Source of the DNA: Rebecca billardiae RCC1528
Taxonomy: Eukaryota; Protista; Haptophyta
NCBI GenBank assembly: GCA_965240325.2
Contig: OZ251238.1
Coordinates: 1,308,908-1,340,907, forward strand
Reading direction: 5' to 3'
Length of the DNA: 32,000 nt
Program-made: the position numbers and the translations under genes
Shown: piece by piece, positions 9,129 to 17,719 of the stretch
Position numbering within the stretch: position 1 is the stretch's first letter
Layout: each line of letters begins with the position of its first letter
Notes under the pieces: model-generated
What the model was told of the DNA's origin: nothing
What the model saw: the letters and a program-made list of their open reading frames with translations, nothing else
Databases searched by the model: none

Positions 9129-10865
9129 TCACCATGATCCCTCATCAGTCCGATCGTCGACACCGTCATCCATCACGAGCGCATCACCATCAGCAACGTC
9201 GTTGCTGTGCTCGCGGGTGCCCCAGCCGGCAGCGCTGAGCACGAGCAGGCGGCCGGCCCCGATCGCGAGCCGCACGCCCATGTACACGCCGAGCGCGAGC
9301 CACACGCGCCGCAGCGCGAGGCCGGCGGCGGCGGCGCCCGCGCCCGCGCGCCCCGCGGACAGCGCGGCGGCGGCGCGGTGCATGAGGGCGAGCGCGGGCG
9401 CGGCGCCGCCGATCACGCTCGCCGCCGCCCAGCCAAACTGCTGCGCGCCGTACAGCAAGCCGTCGACGGCGAAGGCGCCGGCGTTGAGCGGCTGGGAGAG
9501 CACGGCGAGCGGCCACACGGCGCACGCCGCGGCGTGCACCGCGCCGTCCGAGCTGAGCGCACGCACCATCGGCCCGCGCGCGCACGCCATCGCGGCCGCG
9601 AGCAGCGCGCCGAGCAGCGCCGTGAGCCGCGCCGTGCGCGCCGCGATCAGCGTCGCGGCGTCGCGCGCGGCGGCGGCACCGGCGGAGGCGCGCGCGAGCG
9701 CGGCGGCGAGCATCGCCTGGCTCGCGATCGCGAGCGCGTCCGCCGTCAGCGCCGCGCTGAGCCACAGCTGGAACACCACGGCGTGCGCCGCGCCGCTGAG
9801 CGCGGACGCGCCACTCGCGACCGTCGCGGCGCGCGCGAACGCGAGGAGGCCGCAGAACGTGCGCGCGCTGAGGATGGCGGCGCTGCGGCCCATCGAGCGG
9901 AGCAGCCGCGCGGAGGGCGGCGGCCAGCGCACGCGCGCGCCCGCGCCCGCCGCGCGCCGCACGCGCGCGCCCAGCGCGGCCGCGAGCACGAGCACGCCCA
10001 CCAGCTGCGACGCGGCCGTGGCGGCGCCGAGCCCGGCGAGCGCGGCGCGCGCGCGCAGCGCTCGCACGGCGACGAGGTCGAGCGCGGCGTTGGCGGCGCT
10101 CGAGGCGCAGAGCGCGAGGAGCGGCGTGCGCGTGTCGCGCAGCCCGCGGCTCACGCCCACGAGCGCCATCCCGCCCAGCATGAACGGCAGCCCGAGCGCG
10201 CGCGCGCGCAGGTAGCCGAGCGCGGGCGCGTACACGGCGGAGTCGGCGCCGATGCCGGCCGCGCGCAGCAGCGCGCCCGCGCCGCACAGCACGGCGACGG
10301 CGAGGACGAGGCCGATGGCGGTGGCGAGCGCGAGCGCGGAGACGGCGAGCTCGAGCACGGACGGTGGCAGCCCCTGCTGCGCCCCGCCCCCCCCGCCGCC
10401 GCCGCCCGCCCCGCCGCCGCGCGCGCCCAGCTCGAGCGGCGCCTCCGCCGCCACGGCCGAGGTGGTGACAGAGAGCAGAAAGTTGAAAGTCTTGCTCACC
10501 AGCCCGATCAGCGAGGCGGCGCTGCCGAGCGCCGCGAGGTGCGTCGCGCCGAGCGAGCCGGCGCACGCGGTGTCGACGAGCGTGGCGATCGGGTCGACCA
10601 CCAGCGCGAGCAACGCCGGGCCGGCGATCGTCAGCAGCTCGCGGTCGACGGCCGCGGCCGAGAGCGGCGGCGGCGGCGGCCCGGAGGGCGGCTCGCGCGC
10701 GGCGCGCATCGCGGCTCGCGCGCCGGCGCGCCAGCGGCGCGCCGAGAGGAGCGGCGTGCGTGCCGGCGTGGGTGCCGCGGGATGCATCGCCGGGTGCGCG
10801 CTGACCGCGCACGCCGCGTGCGCGACCGCTAGCAGGCAGACTGGCAGAAACATCATTACGCGCAT
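9129..10865 (-). CDS. MATE efflux family transporter, possibly organelle-targeted (N-terminal signal-like segment)
   Basis: 578-aa ORF starting at an ATG; REL LTIAGPALLALVVDPIATLVDTACAGSLGATHLAALGSAASLIGL matches the MATE N-terminal signature; many TM helices (LGLPFMLGGMALVGVSRGLRDTRTPLLAL etc.). Confidence 0.88.
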   Translation of the reverse strand: MRVMMFLPVCLLAVAHAACAVSAHPAMHPAAPTPARTPLLSARRWRAGARAAMRAAREPPSGPPPPPLSAAAVDRELLTIAGPALLALVVDPIATLVDTACAGSLGATHLAALGSAASLIGLVSKTFNFLLSVTTSAVAAEAPLELGARGGGAGGGGGGGGAQQGLPPSVLELAVSALALATAIGLVLAVAVLCGAGALLRAAGIGADSAVYAPALGYLRARALGLPFMLGGMALVGVSRGLRDTRTPLLALCASSAANAALDLVAVRALRARAALAGLGAATAASQLVGVLVLAAALGARVRRAAGAGARVRWPPPSARLLRSMGRSAAILSARTFCGLLAFARAATVASGASALSGAAHAVVFQLWLSAALTADALAIASQAMLAAALARASAGAAAARDAATLIAARTARLTALLGALLAAAMACARGPMVRALSSDGAVHAAACAVWPLAVLSQPLNAGAFAVDGLLYGAQQFGWAAASVIGGAAPALALMHRAAAALSAGRAGAGAAAAGLALRRVWLALGVYMGVRLAIGAGRLLVLSAAGWGTREHSNDVADGDALVMDDGVDDRTDEGSW

Positions 10866-11036
10866 GCCGCCATGCTGATGGCGAAGGTATCATCCGGCGA
10901 GGCGGCGACTGTTGAATTCTTGCTGGATTTACTTTTATTTCGTCATCATTTGACGATGAAAATCCGGGCGCTCCGCTGCGGCGGCACCGCTGCCACTGCC
11001 TGGCGCCTGGCCGGCGCACGTGCTGACTGCTGCAGC

Positions 11037-11969
11037 TTATTCTCCGCCCGCTTCGCGGCTCCACGCCTGGCAGTGCGGCCTGTGCACCTTCCACGCGTGC
11101 TTGATGCACGGCTGTGAGCAGAAGCGCGCGACGTGGCACCGCTTGCACGCGCGCAGCCCCCTCGGGCCGGGCTTGGCGCACGCGAGGCAGCACGCCTCCG
11201 CGACGTCGCGCTCGCTCGCAAAGGGCGCCAGCACCTCGAGCGGGTCGAGCTCCACGCCGCCCTCGCGCGCGCGGTGCAGCAGCTGCGTCGCCGCGGCCAC
11301 GTCGCGCGCCACGCCCTGCGCGCGCAGCAGCTGGCGCGCCAGTCGCACGGTCGCGTCCGCGTGGCCCGCCTCGGCCGCGTGCCGGTAGCAGCGCGCGGCC
11401 TCGGCGTGGTCGAGCGGCACGCCGAGCCCGTTGGTGTGCGCGTGGCCCAGGCTGTACCACGCCCCGCCCATCTGCTCCTCGTCCATGCTCCCCTCCTCCA
11501 CGCCGCCCTCCGCCGCCTGCCGGAACAGCCGCGCCGCGCGCGCGAGGTCGCGCGGCAGTCCGCGCCCCTCCTCGCACATGTAGCCGAGCTGGAGCTGGAG
11601 CTGGAGCGCGCTCGCGCCGTTGCCGCGCGCGGCGGCGTGCTCGTACAGCCGCGCGGCCTCGGCGAGGTCCTGCGGCGCGCCCGCGCCCTTCTCGAGCGAC
11701 AGCCCCAGGTTGAAGTGCGCCGGCACGTCGCCCTGCGCCACCGCGAGCCTGAAGAGCCGCACGGCCAGCGCCGGGTCCTGCTCGACGCCCCACCGGCCCA
11801 TCTGGTGCGCGGCGCCCAGGGAGACCAAAGCCTGGGCGTCGCCGAGCTCGGCGGCGGCGCGCAGCCAGCGCACGCCCTCGCGCTGGTCCTGCGCCACCCC
11901 CGCGCGACGGCGACGGCGTGGGGCGCGGACGTGTTGGCCTATTAAAAGAGAGTGGTAGGGGCTTTTCAT
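11037..11969 (-). CDS. Sel1-like repeat (TPR-like) protein with C-terminal MYND zinc finger; 5' end uncertain
   Basis: AAELGDAQALVSLGAAHQMGRWGVEQDPALAVRLFRLAVAQGD..., GHAHTNGLGVPLDHAEAARCYRHAAEAGHADA (Sel1) and CCLACAKPGPRGLRACKRCHVARFCSQPCIKHAWKVHRPHC (MYND). Confidence 0.88.
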   Translation of the reverse strand: MKSPYHSLLIGQHVRAPRRRRRAGVAQDQREGVRWLRAAAELGDAQALVSLGAAHQMGRWGVEQDPALAVRLFRLAVAQGDVPAHFNLGLSLEKGAGAPQDLAEAARLYEHAAARGNGASALQLQLQLGYMCEEGRGLPRDLARAARLFRQAAEGGVEEGSMDEEQMGGAWYSLGHAHTNGLGVPLDHAEAARCYRHAAEAGHADATVRLARQLLRAQGVARDVAAATQLLHRAREGGVELDPLEVLAPFASERDVAEACCLACAKPGPRGLRACKRCHVARFCSQPCIKHAWKVHRPHCQAWSREAGGE

Positions 11970-11985
11970 CAGCTTTTGCTTGATG

Positions 11986-13911
11986 TCAAATCAGCGAGCG
12001 TACGATGGAGAACAGCCGTCCGAATGCGTCACAATCCGCTGTCGGCGGCTTGCACGGCTGCTCCTGATACGCGAACAGGCGCGCCACGCGCTGCCCATTG
12101 TGCTGCAGCTGGCGCCACCAGGTTCCACCCGTCTCCGCCGCGAGCCATTGCACCCACCCCAACGAGCTGCTTTCGTTCGCTTGCCGCGCGTCAAGCACCA
12201 CCGCGAATTGGGAGTAGTCGAGCAGCAGGCGCTCAGCTATGTCGGAGGTGAGCTCGCCGACGGCCTCTGGGTCGCGACGCCACGGCCACCAGGTAGTGCC
12301 GTTATACTTCTGGCTGTCAAAGTCCCAGATCACCGGCACGCAGCCGCTGAGCAGAGCGAGGGCAATGTGCGAGCGCGTCGGCGTATCGCCCCCCGGCTCG
12401 GCGCAGAACGCGGAGCGCACCGTCATGTTCCACGTACCAGGAAGCAAGCTGCACTCGTGCCCCGCCGCGCACAGGATGCATTCTGCGCCGCTGCACTGGG
12501 CACCGGCGGCGGCCATGGATGCGTGCAGGCTGGCGCGCAGAGAGGTGGCGTGCCCCAATTTCCCCAAACGGTTCCCTTTGGCCGTGTCGGCGTTCAAGTA
12601 GACAGCGATCGGCCGCGGGGGCGCGGCAAACGGCCCGGACGGCGTGCCCCACGCCACCGGTGCGACGATAGCAACCGTGTATGGGATGGGCACGAGCAGC
12701 GGGCCGCTGCGCACCAGCGCTGCGCGCGGCGAAGGGCCAGTGGCGCTGGCCAGCGCGGTGTGCCGACGCGAGAGCTCGCGCTGTGGGCTGGTGGACCATC
12801 CTGCCCTCAGCCATAGCGATGCATTGAGGCAGCGGCTGCAGTGCGCGTGGGAAGGGTCGGCGCGAGCGAAGGCAAACGGCCACGTCGACGCGGCCTGCTG
12901 TGCCCGCGGCGGCCGGAAGCAGAGCGTGCATGACGGCTGAAGCGTCGCGGCGAGCCCCTCCATGAGCCCATCGACAGTCGTTGTAGGCTTCTTGGCCTGC
13001 ACGTGCTCCCCGGGCGGCGAGAACGGGACTGTGGAACGCAGGTCCCAGTCACTGCGCAGATTGATGCCGATCCCCGCAAAGACGACCCTGGAGGCGAAGG
13101 CGAGCGGCTGGTCCTCGAGCGCCTTGAGGATGGCAGAGTGGCATTTCATCTGCATCGGCCAGTCTGCGTGCACGACGACCACCGGGGGCCGTCTGAAGCC
13201 GTCGAACGCGCGCGCACGCACCTCGTCCCAGTACGCTCGACTGAATGGCGTGCCGTGGCAAAGACCTACGACAAGAATGGTTCTCTTGGCGGCCTGGAAG
13301 CACAAAGCGCTTAGCGAGGGCGCGACGACAATGTCTGGCGGCGAGCACGCGCCATTCCTTTCCGCCGGCCGTGCGCAGAACGACGACTTCTGCCTGGCGA
13401 TCTGGGTCCAGCGCGCGAGAGCGACGCTCTCGGCCGAGTGCTCGTCAAAGACGACGCCATGCTCACCAAACCCGTGGATCTCGGTGCGACGGTATGCGTT
13501 CGACAGCTGCTTCGACGCCGGGAGGTGCATGCAGTAGTCGGGCGGCGCGACATCCGCGGCGACGAAGTGCGGACTTCCTGCGCAAATTGTGTCTCGATAC
13601 ACGTCGCGAATTGACATGTTCATGGTTGGCTTGACACTGCGCTCCGCGCTGCTCATCATGCCCATGGAGCGGATTGAGGAAGATGGGCACAGGGGCATGT
13701 TATCAATCACACGGATGATTGGGAACCGCTCCGCGCAGCCGTGCGCTGCGAGCGCGATGATGCCAAGACGACGTAAAAGCGCCGCCGCCATCGTCCCGTT
13801 CGCCATGAGCCAGCCACGTTGTTGGCCGAAAGCGCTCGCCGATCTCCACTGGGGCCTTTGCATTCTGCAGGGGCGTTCCCCGTGGGCATCGGTCATACAA
13901 TACGACGCCAA
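11986..13911 (-). CDS. Exostosin-like / GT47-type glycosyltransferase; true N-terminus uncertain (track start is a TTG codon; first ATG is 5 codons in)
   Basis: C-terminus WNMTVRSAFCAEPGGDTPTRSHIALALLSGCVPVIWDFD matches the exostosin 'R..FCl.P.GD..tr......al..GCiPVi' block; ~640-aa open frame. Confidence 0.8.
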   Translation of the reverse strand: MASYCMTDAHGERPCRMQRPQWRSASAFGQQRGWLMANGTMAAALLRRLGIIALAAHGCAERFPIIRVIDNMPLCPSSSIRSMGMMSSAERSVKPTMNMSIRDVYRDTICAGSPHFVAADVAPPDYCMHLPASKQLSNAYRRTEIHGFGEHGVVFDEHSAESVALARWTQIARQKSSFCARPAERNGACSPPDIVVAPSLSALCFQAAKRTILVVGLCHGTPFSRAYWDEVRARAFDGFRRPPVVVVHADWPMQMKCHSAILKALEDQPLAFASRVVFAGIGINLRSDWDLRSTVPFSPPGEHVQAKKPTTTVDGLMEGLAATLQPSCTLCFRPPRAQQAASTWPFAFARADPSHAHCSRCLNASLWLRAGWSTSPQRELSRRHTALASATGPSPRAALVRSGPLLVPIPYTVAIVAPVAWGTPSGPFAAPPRPIAVYLNADTAKGNRLGKLGHATSLRASLHASMAAAGAQCSGAECILCAAGHECSLLPGTWNMTVRSAFCAEPGGDTPTRSHIALALLSGCVPVIWDFDSQKYNGTTWWPWRRDPEAVGELTSDIAERLLLDYSQFAVVLDARQANESSSLGWVQWLAAETGGTWWRQLQHNGQRVARLFAYQEQPCKPPTADCDAFGRLFSIVRSLI

Positions 13912-13984
13912 ATTGATCGAACCACCTGAATCGAGCTTCCTCCATTTGAAGAATGAAGCGGGTACATTTGAATACGGAAAAAGG

Positions 13985-14012
13985 CAAAGCCCCCCGGTAG
14001 CGGGGGCTTTGC
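13985..14012. other. Strong short hairpin resembling an intrinsic terminator
   Basis: gcaaagccccc-ggtagc-gggggctttgc: 11-bp perfect stem, 6-nt loop; followed on + by tgttctgtgtt. Confidence 0.8.
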
Positions 14013-15239
14013 TGTTCTGTGTTCAGCGGAGCACTCGTGTGGCAGGTGCTGCCGCAGGATCCCGGGAACGCCCTTGATGCTTGAATCAGCCGCGCGCTTC
14101 GCGGCGGCCGCGCGCGTCTCCGACGAGCGGGCGACGGCGCCCGCTCCCGTGCGTGTGGACGATCCCGCGGGCGCAGAGCAGGCGAGCTAGGCTGGGCAGT
14201 CGTGTTGAAGTGCCCGGCCATTCCGCATTCGCCGCTTCGTGCCGCGCATCGCATCAGACATCAGTCGACGACTGTACTTTGCCTCGGGCCAGCATGTCTG
14301 GCCAGCCTCGCCCGTGTGCGCCATGCGAGGCGAGACCAACACGGAGCATGCGCTTCCGGGAGCATGCGCTTCCACGTGGCGAGAAACCACACTGTACGCA
14401 CTGCGCTGCGATCCCGCCCGCGTGGCGACGGCACCCGCACTCCGGCACTGCCGGCCGCGCGGCTCCGTCGCATGCGGGACCCGCCGGTGCCCCGGTCGAG
14501 GGCGAGGCCGCGAGGGTGCAGGTCCGGATGTCAGCTGGCAGTCTGGCATCCGCTGGTACTGACTCTGGTAACCGTAGGTAGCAGCTGGACAGTGGACTGC
14601 TGGTCGAGCCGCGGCCCCTTGGGCGTGGCGCCCACCGGCCCCGCCGGGCGGCTGGCCGGGCGGTCACTGGCGTGTAACTGGCCTGTCTGGTCGTGCGCGC
14701 CGAGCTGAACCGAACTGCTGCAATCGATCCAGCTGGCTGGCTGGCGGCGGCCGGGCAGGAGCGCCTGGCATCGACCGCTGCACCTGCGCCAGCCCAGCCC
14801 CTGCTGCCCCCCTCTGCAGTGGACGGCCCGCCCGGTCGACGACTTCGACACTCCGCAGTGTACAAATAAGCAGAGACGCACACACTGCTCAGGCAGGCGA
14901 GATCACCGCGCTCCAGCAGCTCAAGGCCGCGCTCAAGCAATCCGATCGCGGTGCAGGCTATGCTCTGCTCACCACCAACGCCGACGTCGTGTCGACGATC
15001 GGGCACTGCCGCCGACGAATCAGGAGACCCGCGTCGACCGTCGTCCTACCTGTGTCGTTAAATCATAGAATGAGAGTAAGTTGTCTGATGTGTGAGTGTA
15101 GTACTAGAGACCTGCGCTACACCGACAGGCCCGTCCGGGGAGTCGAAGCAGCCACGGGCTAGTCCGGCAGCAGTGAGGGCGGCGGCGCCGCGGCGGGCGC
15201 GGGCGCGAGCGTCGAAAGTGCCCGCGCGCCAAGCACGAG

Positions 15240-17015
15240 ATGAAGGAATCGACCCCGTACGCGCCCGCCTGCCCCATCGGCCTGCCGGCGCGCCTCGCGC
15301 TCTCGGCGGCGCTGGGCGCGCTGCCGCTCGCATTCGAGTCCCCGTCGTACGCCCTGCTCGCGCTCGGCGCCGTCGGCTGCGCGATGGCCGCGCGCGCCGC
15401 GTACGTCGCCGCGCTCACGATCGCCGCGTTCGCGTGGACGCCGCGCATCGGCCGGCTGACGGCGCCGCTGCTGCCCAAGTACTCGTTCTCGGAGGAGGGC
15501 TCGTTCTACACGGCGGACGGCGCGCCCGCCGACGTCGTCGCCAAGCGCCGCGCCGGCTTCGCCAAGCTCGCCGCGGCGTTCGAGGCGCTGTCGACCGCGG
15601 GCGCGGAGGCGGCGGCGCTCAACGCGGCGATCAAGGAGGGGCTGTCGGACATCCGGTTCACGGACACGAACCGCGTGCCCTTCCCGTTCCAGCACGTCGT
15701 GCGCGCCCGCCTCTCCGTCTCCACCGCCGTGCGCGCCTCCGAGGGCCCGTGGCTCGTCGACGCGAACGGGCAGCGCGCGCTCGACGTCTCGGGCTCGTAC
15801 GGCGTCAACGTGTGCGGGTACGAGCTGTACAAGCAGTTCGCGGCGCAGGGGCTGGGCGCGGTGAAGGAGCTCGGGCCGAACGTGCTCGGCCCGCTCCACC
15901 CGTGCATCGCGCCCGTGCTCTCCGCCCTCCGCGCGCTCTCCGGCCTGCCCGAGGCGTCGTTCCACATGTCTGGCACCGAGGCGGTGATGTGCGCCGTGCG
16001 GCTCGCGCGCTTCAACACGCGCCGCCCGCTGGTGGTGACGTTCTCGGGCGCGTACCACGGCTGGTGGGACGGCGTGCAGCCAGGGCCGGGCTCCGAGCGC
16101 CCCGTCGCCGACGTGCTCAACCTCAAGGACATGTCGCCGCTCGCCCTCGCCGTGCTGCGCGAGCGCGCGTCCGAGATCGCGTGCGTGCTCGTCTCTCCGC
16201 TGCAGGGGCTCAACCCGAACGCGTCGCCGCCCTCGGACCTGGTGCTGATGGACTCGAAGATGCGCAAGGCGGAGGAGTCCGTGCGCGCGTACGCGGCGTG
16301 GCTCAAGAAGCTCCGCGCCACCTGCACCGACGCGCGCATCCCGCTCCTCTTCGACGAGGTCTACACCGGCTTCCGAATGGCGCCCGGCGGCGCGCAGGCG
16401 TACTACGGCGTGCAAGCCGATCTGGTTGTGTACGGCAAGACGCTCGGCGGCGGGTGCGCGGTGGGCGTGGTGTGCGGCCGGCGCGAGCTGATGCGCCGGT
16501 TCGACCCGCAGCGCCCGCTCCGCGTCGCGTACGTCATCGGCACCTTCTCCGCCGCGCCGCTCACCCTCGGCTGCATGGCCGCCTTCCTCGAGTGGGTGCG
16601 CGGCGAGGCGGCCGCAGGCGCGTACGCGCGCGCGCAGACGCTCACCGACGACTTCATCAGCGGGACGAACAAGAAGCTGCTCGAGGAGGGGCTGCCGCTG
16701 CGGCTGCAGAACCTGACGACGGTGTGGACCGTCCTCTTCACCTCGCCCGGCCGGTACCACTGGCTCTTCCAGTACTACCTCCGCGCGCAGGGCGTCGCGC
16801 TCTCGTGGGTGGGCACGGGCCGCTGTCTCTTCTCGCTCGACTTCAAGCCCGCCGACTACGAGGCGCTGCAGACCAAGCTGCTCGCGGCGGCGCGCGCGAT
16901 GCGCGAGGACGGCTGGTGGCACGACGGCGTGTCCTCGCAGCAGATCAAGCGGCGCATGGGCCTCGAGTTCGCGCGCCAGGCCCTCGGCCTCGGCGACAAG
17001 GTGAAGGGCGCGTGA
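15240..17015 (+). CDS. Class III PLP-dependent aminotransferase, glutamate-1-semialdehyde 2,1-aminomutase-like, with hydrophobic N-terminus
   Basis: 591-aa ORF: GSYGVNVCGYELY, LGPLHPC, FHMSGTEAVMCAVRLARFNT, TFSGAYHGWWDG, LLFDEVYTGFR, VVYGKTLGGGCAVGVVCG (PLP lysine), IGTFSAAPLTLG. Confidence 0.93.
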   Translation: MKESTPYAPACPIGLPARLALSAALGALPLAFESPSYALLALGAVGCAMAARAAYVAALTIAAFAWTPRIGRLTAPLLPKYSFSEEGSFYTADGAPADVVAKRRAGFAKLAAAFEALSTAGAEAAALNAAIKEGLSDIRFTDTNRVPFPFQHVVRARLSVSTAVRASEGPWLVDANGQRALDVSGSYGVNVCGYELYKQFAAQGLGAVKELGPNVLGPLHPCIAPVLSALRALSGLPEASFHMSGTEAVMCAVRLARFNTRRPLVVTFSGAYHGWWDGVQPGPGSERPVADVLNLKDMSPLALAVLRERASEIACVLVSPLQGLNPNASPPSDLVLMDSKMRKAEESVRAYAAWLKKLRATCTDARIPLLFDEVYTGFRMAPGGAQAYYGVQADLVVYGKTLGGGCAVGVVCGRRELMRRFDPQRPLRVAYVIGTFSAAPLTLGCMAAFLEWVRGEAAAGAYARAQTLTDDFISGTNKKLLEEGLPLRLQNLTTVWTVLFTSPGRYHWLFQYYLRAQGVALSWVGTGRCLFSLDFKPADYEALQTKLLAAARAMREDGWWHDGVSSQQIKRRMGLEFARQALGLGDKVKGA

Positions 17016-17080
17016 GCGATCTGCCGCTCGACGAGATCGCGATCTCGGAGGCTCGACAAGGTGAAGGGCGCGCGAGCGAG
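16999..17080. repeat. Short direct repeat (ctcg)gacaaggtgaagggcgcg(t/c)gagcg straddling the stop codon of the aminotransferase
   Basis: cgacaaggtgaagggcgcgtgagcga and cgacaaggtgaagggcgcgcgagcga ~57 bp apart. Confidence 0.85.
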
Positions 17081-17719
17081 CGCCGCGCCGCCGCCGCCGC
17101 CGCGTGCCGGCTGCGCGAGGGCCCGAGGTCCAGATCTCGAGCAGATCGCGCGCGCCGCGCGCTCGCGCGGCCTGCGGATGGGGCGGCCGACAGCACCCAG
17201 TCCAGTGCGCGCGCCGCGCCTCGCGCCGGCCGAGCCTCGACCGGGGCGGGCCTGCCGGGCGCGGGGGCACGGCCTGCGCGCGCGCGGAGCGGCGTCGCCG
17301 ACGGCGCGCCGCCTGCGCGCGCGCGCGCTGACGAACAGCTGCGCATGCGCCCACCGCGACAGCGTGCAAAATAAGCTCGATCGGCTGCACCTGGATGCGC
17401 ATGCCGAGGTCTGCGAGGAGGGCAGCGCATTACTGATGAGAGAGAGATTGTGTCATCATCACTCCAGACACTCGGGAGTGTAACGGTCGGAGCTCTGACC
17501 CCACTACGTACGGATCGGGCGCCGCGGGCCGCACATCATTCGGAGTGTAATACTAATTCGTAGTCGTCGTCGTAGTAGTCGATCGTCATCAGACATCAGC
17601 AGCAGCGCGCGGCGGCATGTGGGCCTCGATCATATAGCGTAGTCGACAAGCAGTCGTCGTCGGCCGCCTCGTCGCGAACGCCGGAACGCGCGCAGCGCAG
17701 ATCGAGCTAATCATTCCGC

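Noticed and set aside
9034-10832. 393-aa and 541-aa plus-strand ORFs
   Set aside because: Antisense of the MATE gene; low-complexity GC-bias artefacts.
9190-11793. 867-aa minus-strand ORF
   Set aside because: Out-of-frame Arg/Ala-rich shadow overlapping both MATE and Sel1-MYND frames, which carry the real motifs.
15092-17402. 760-aa plus and 747-aa minus ORFs over the aminotransferase
   Set aside because: Alternative-frame shadows; only the 591-aa frame has class III aminotransferase motifs.
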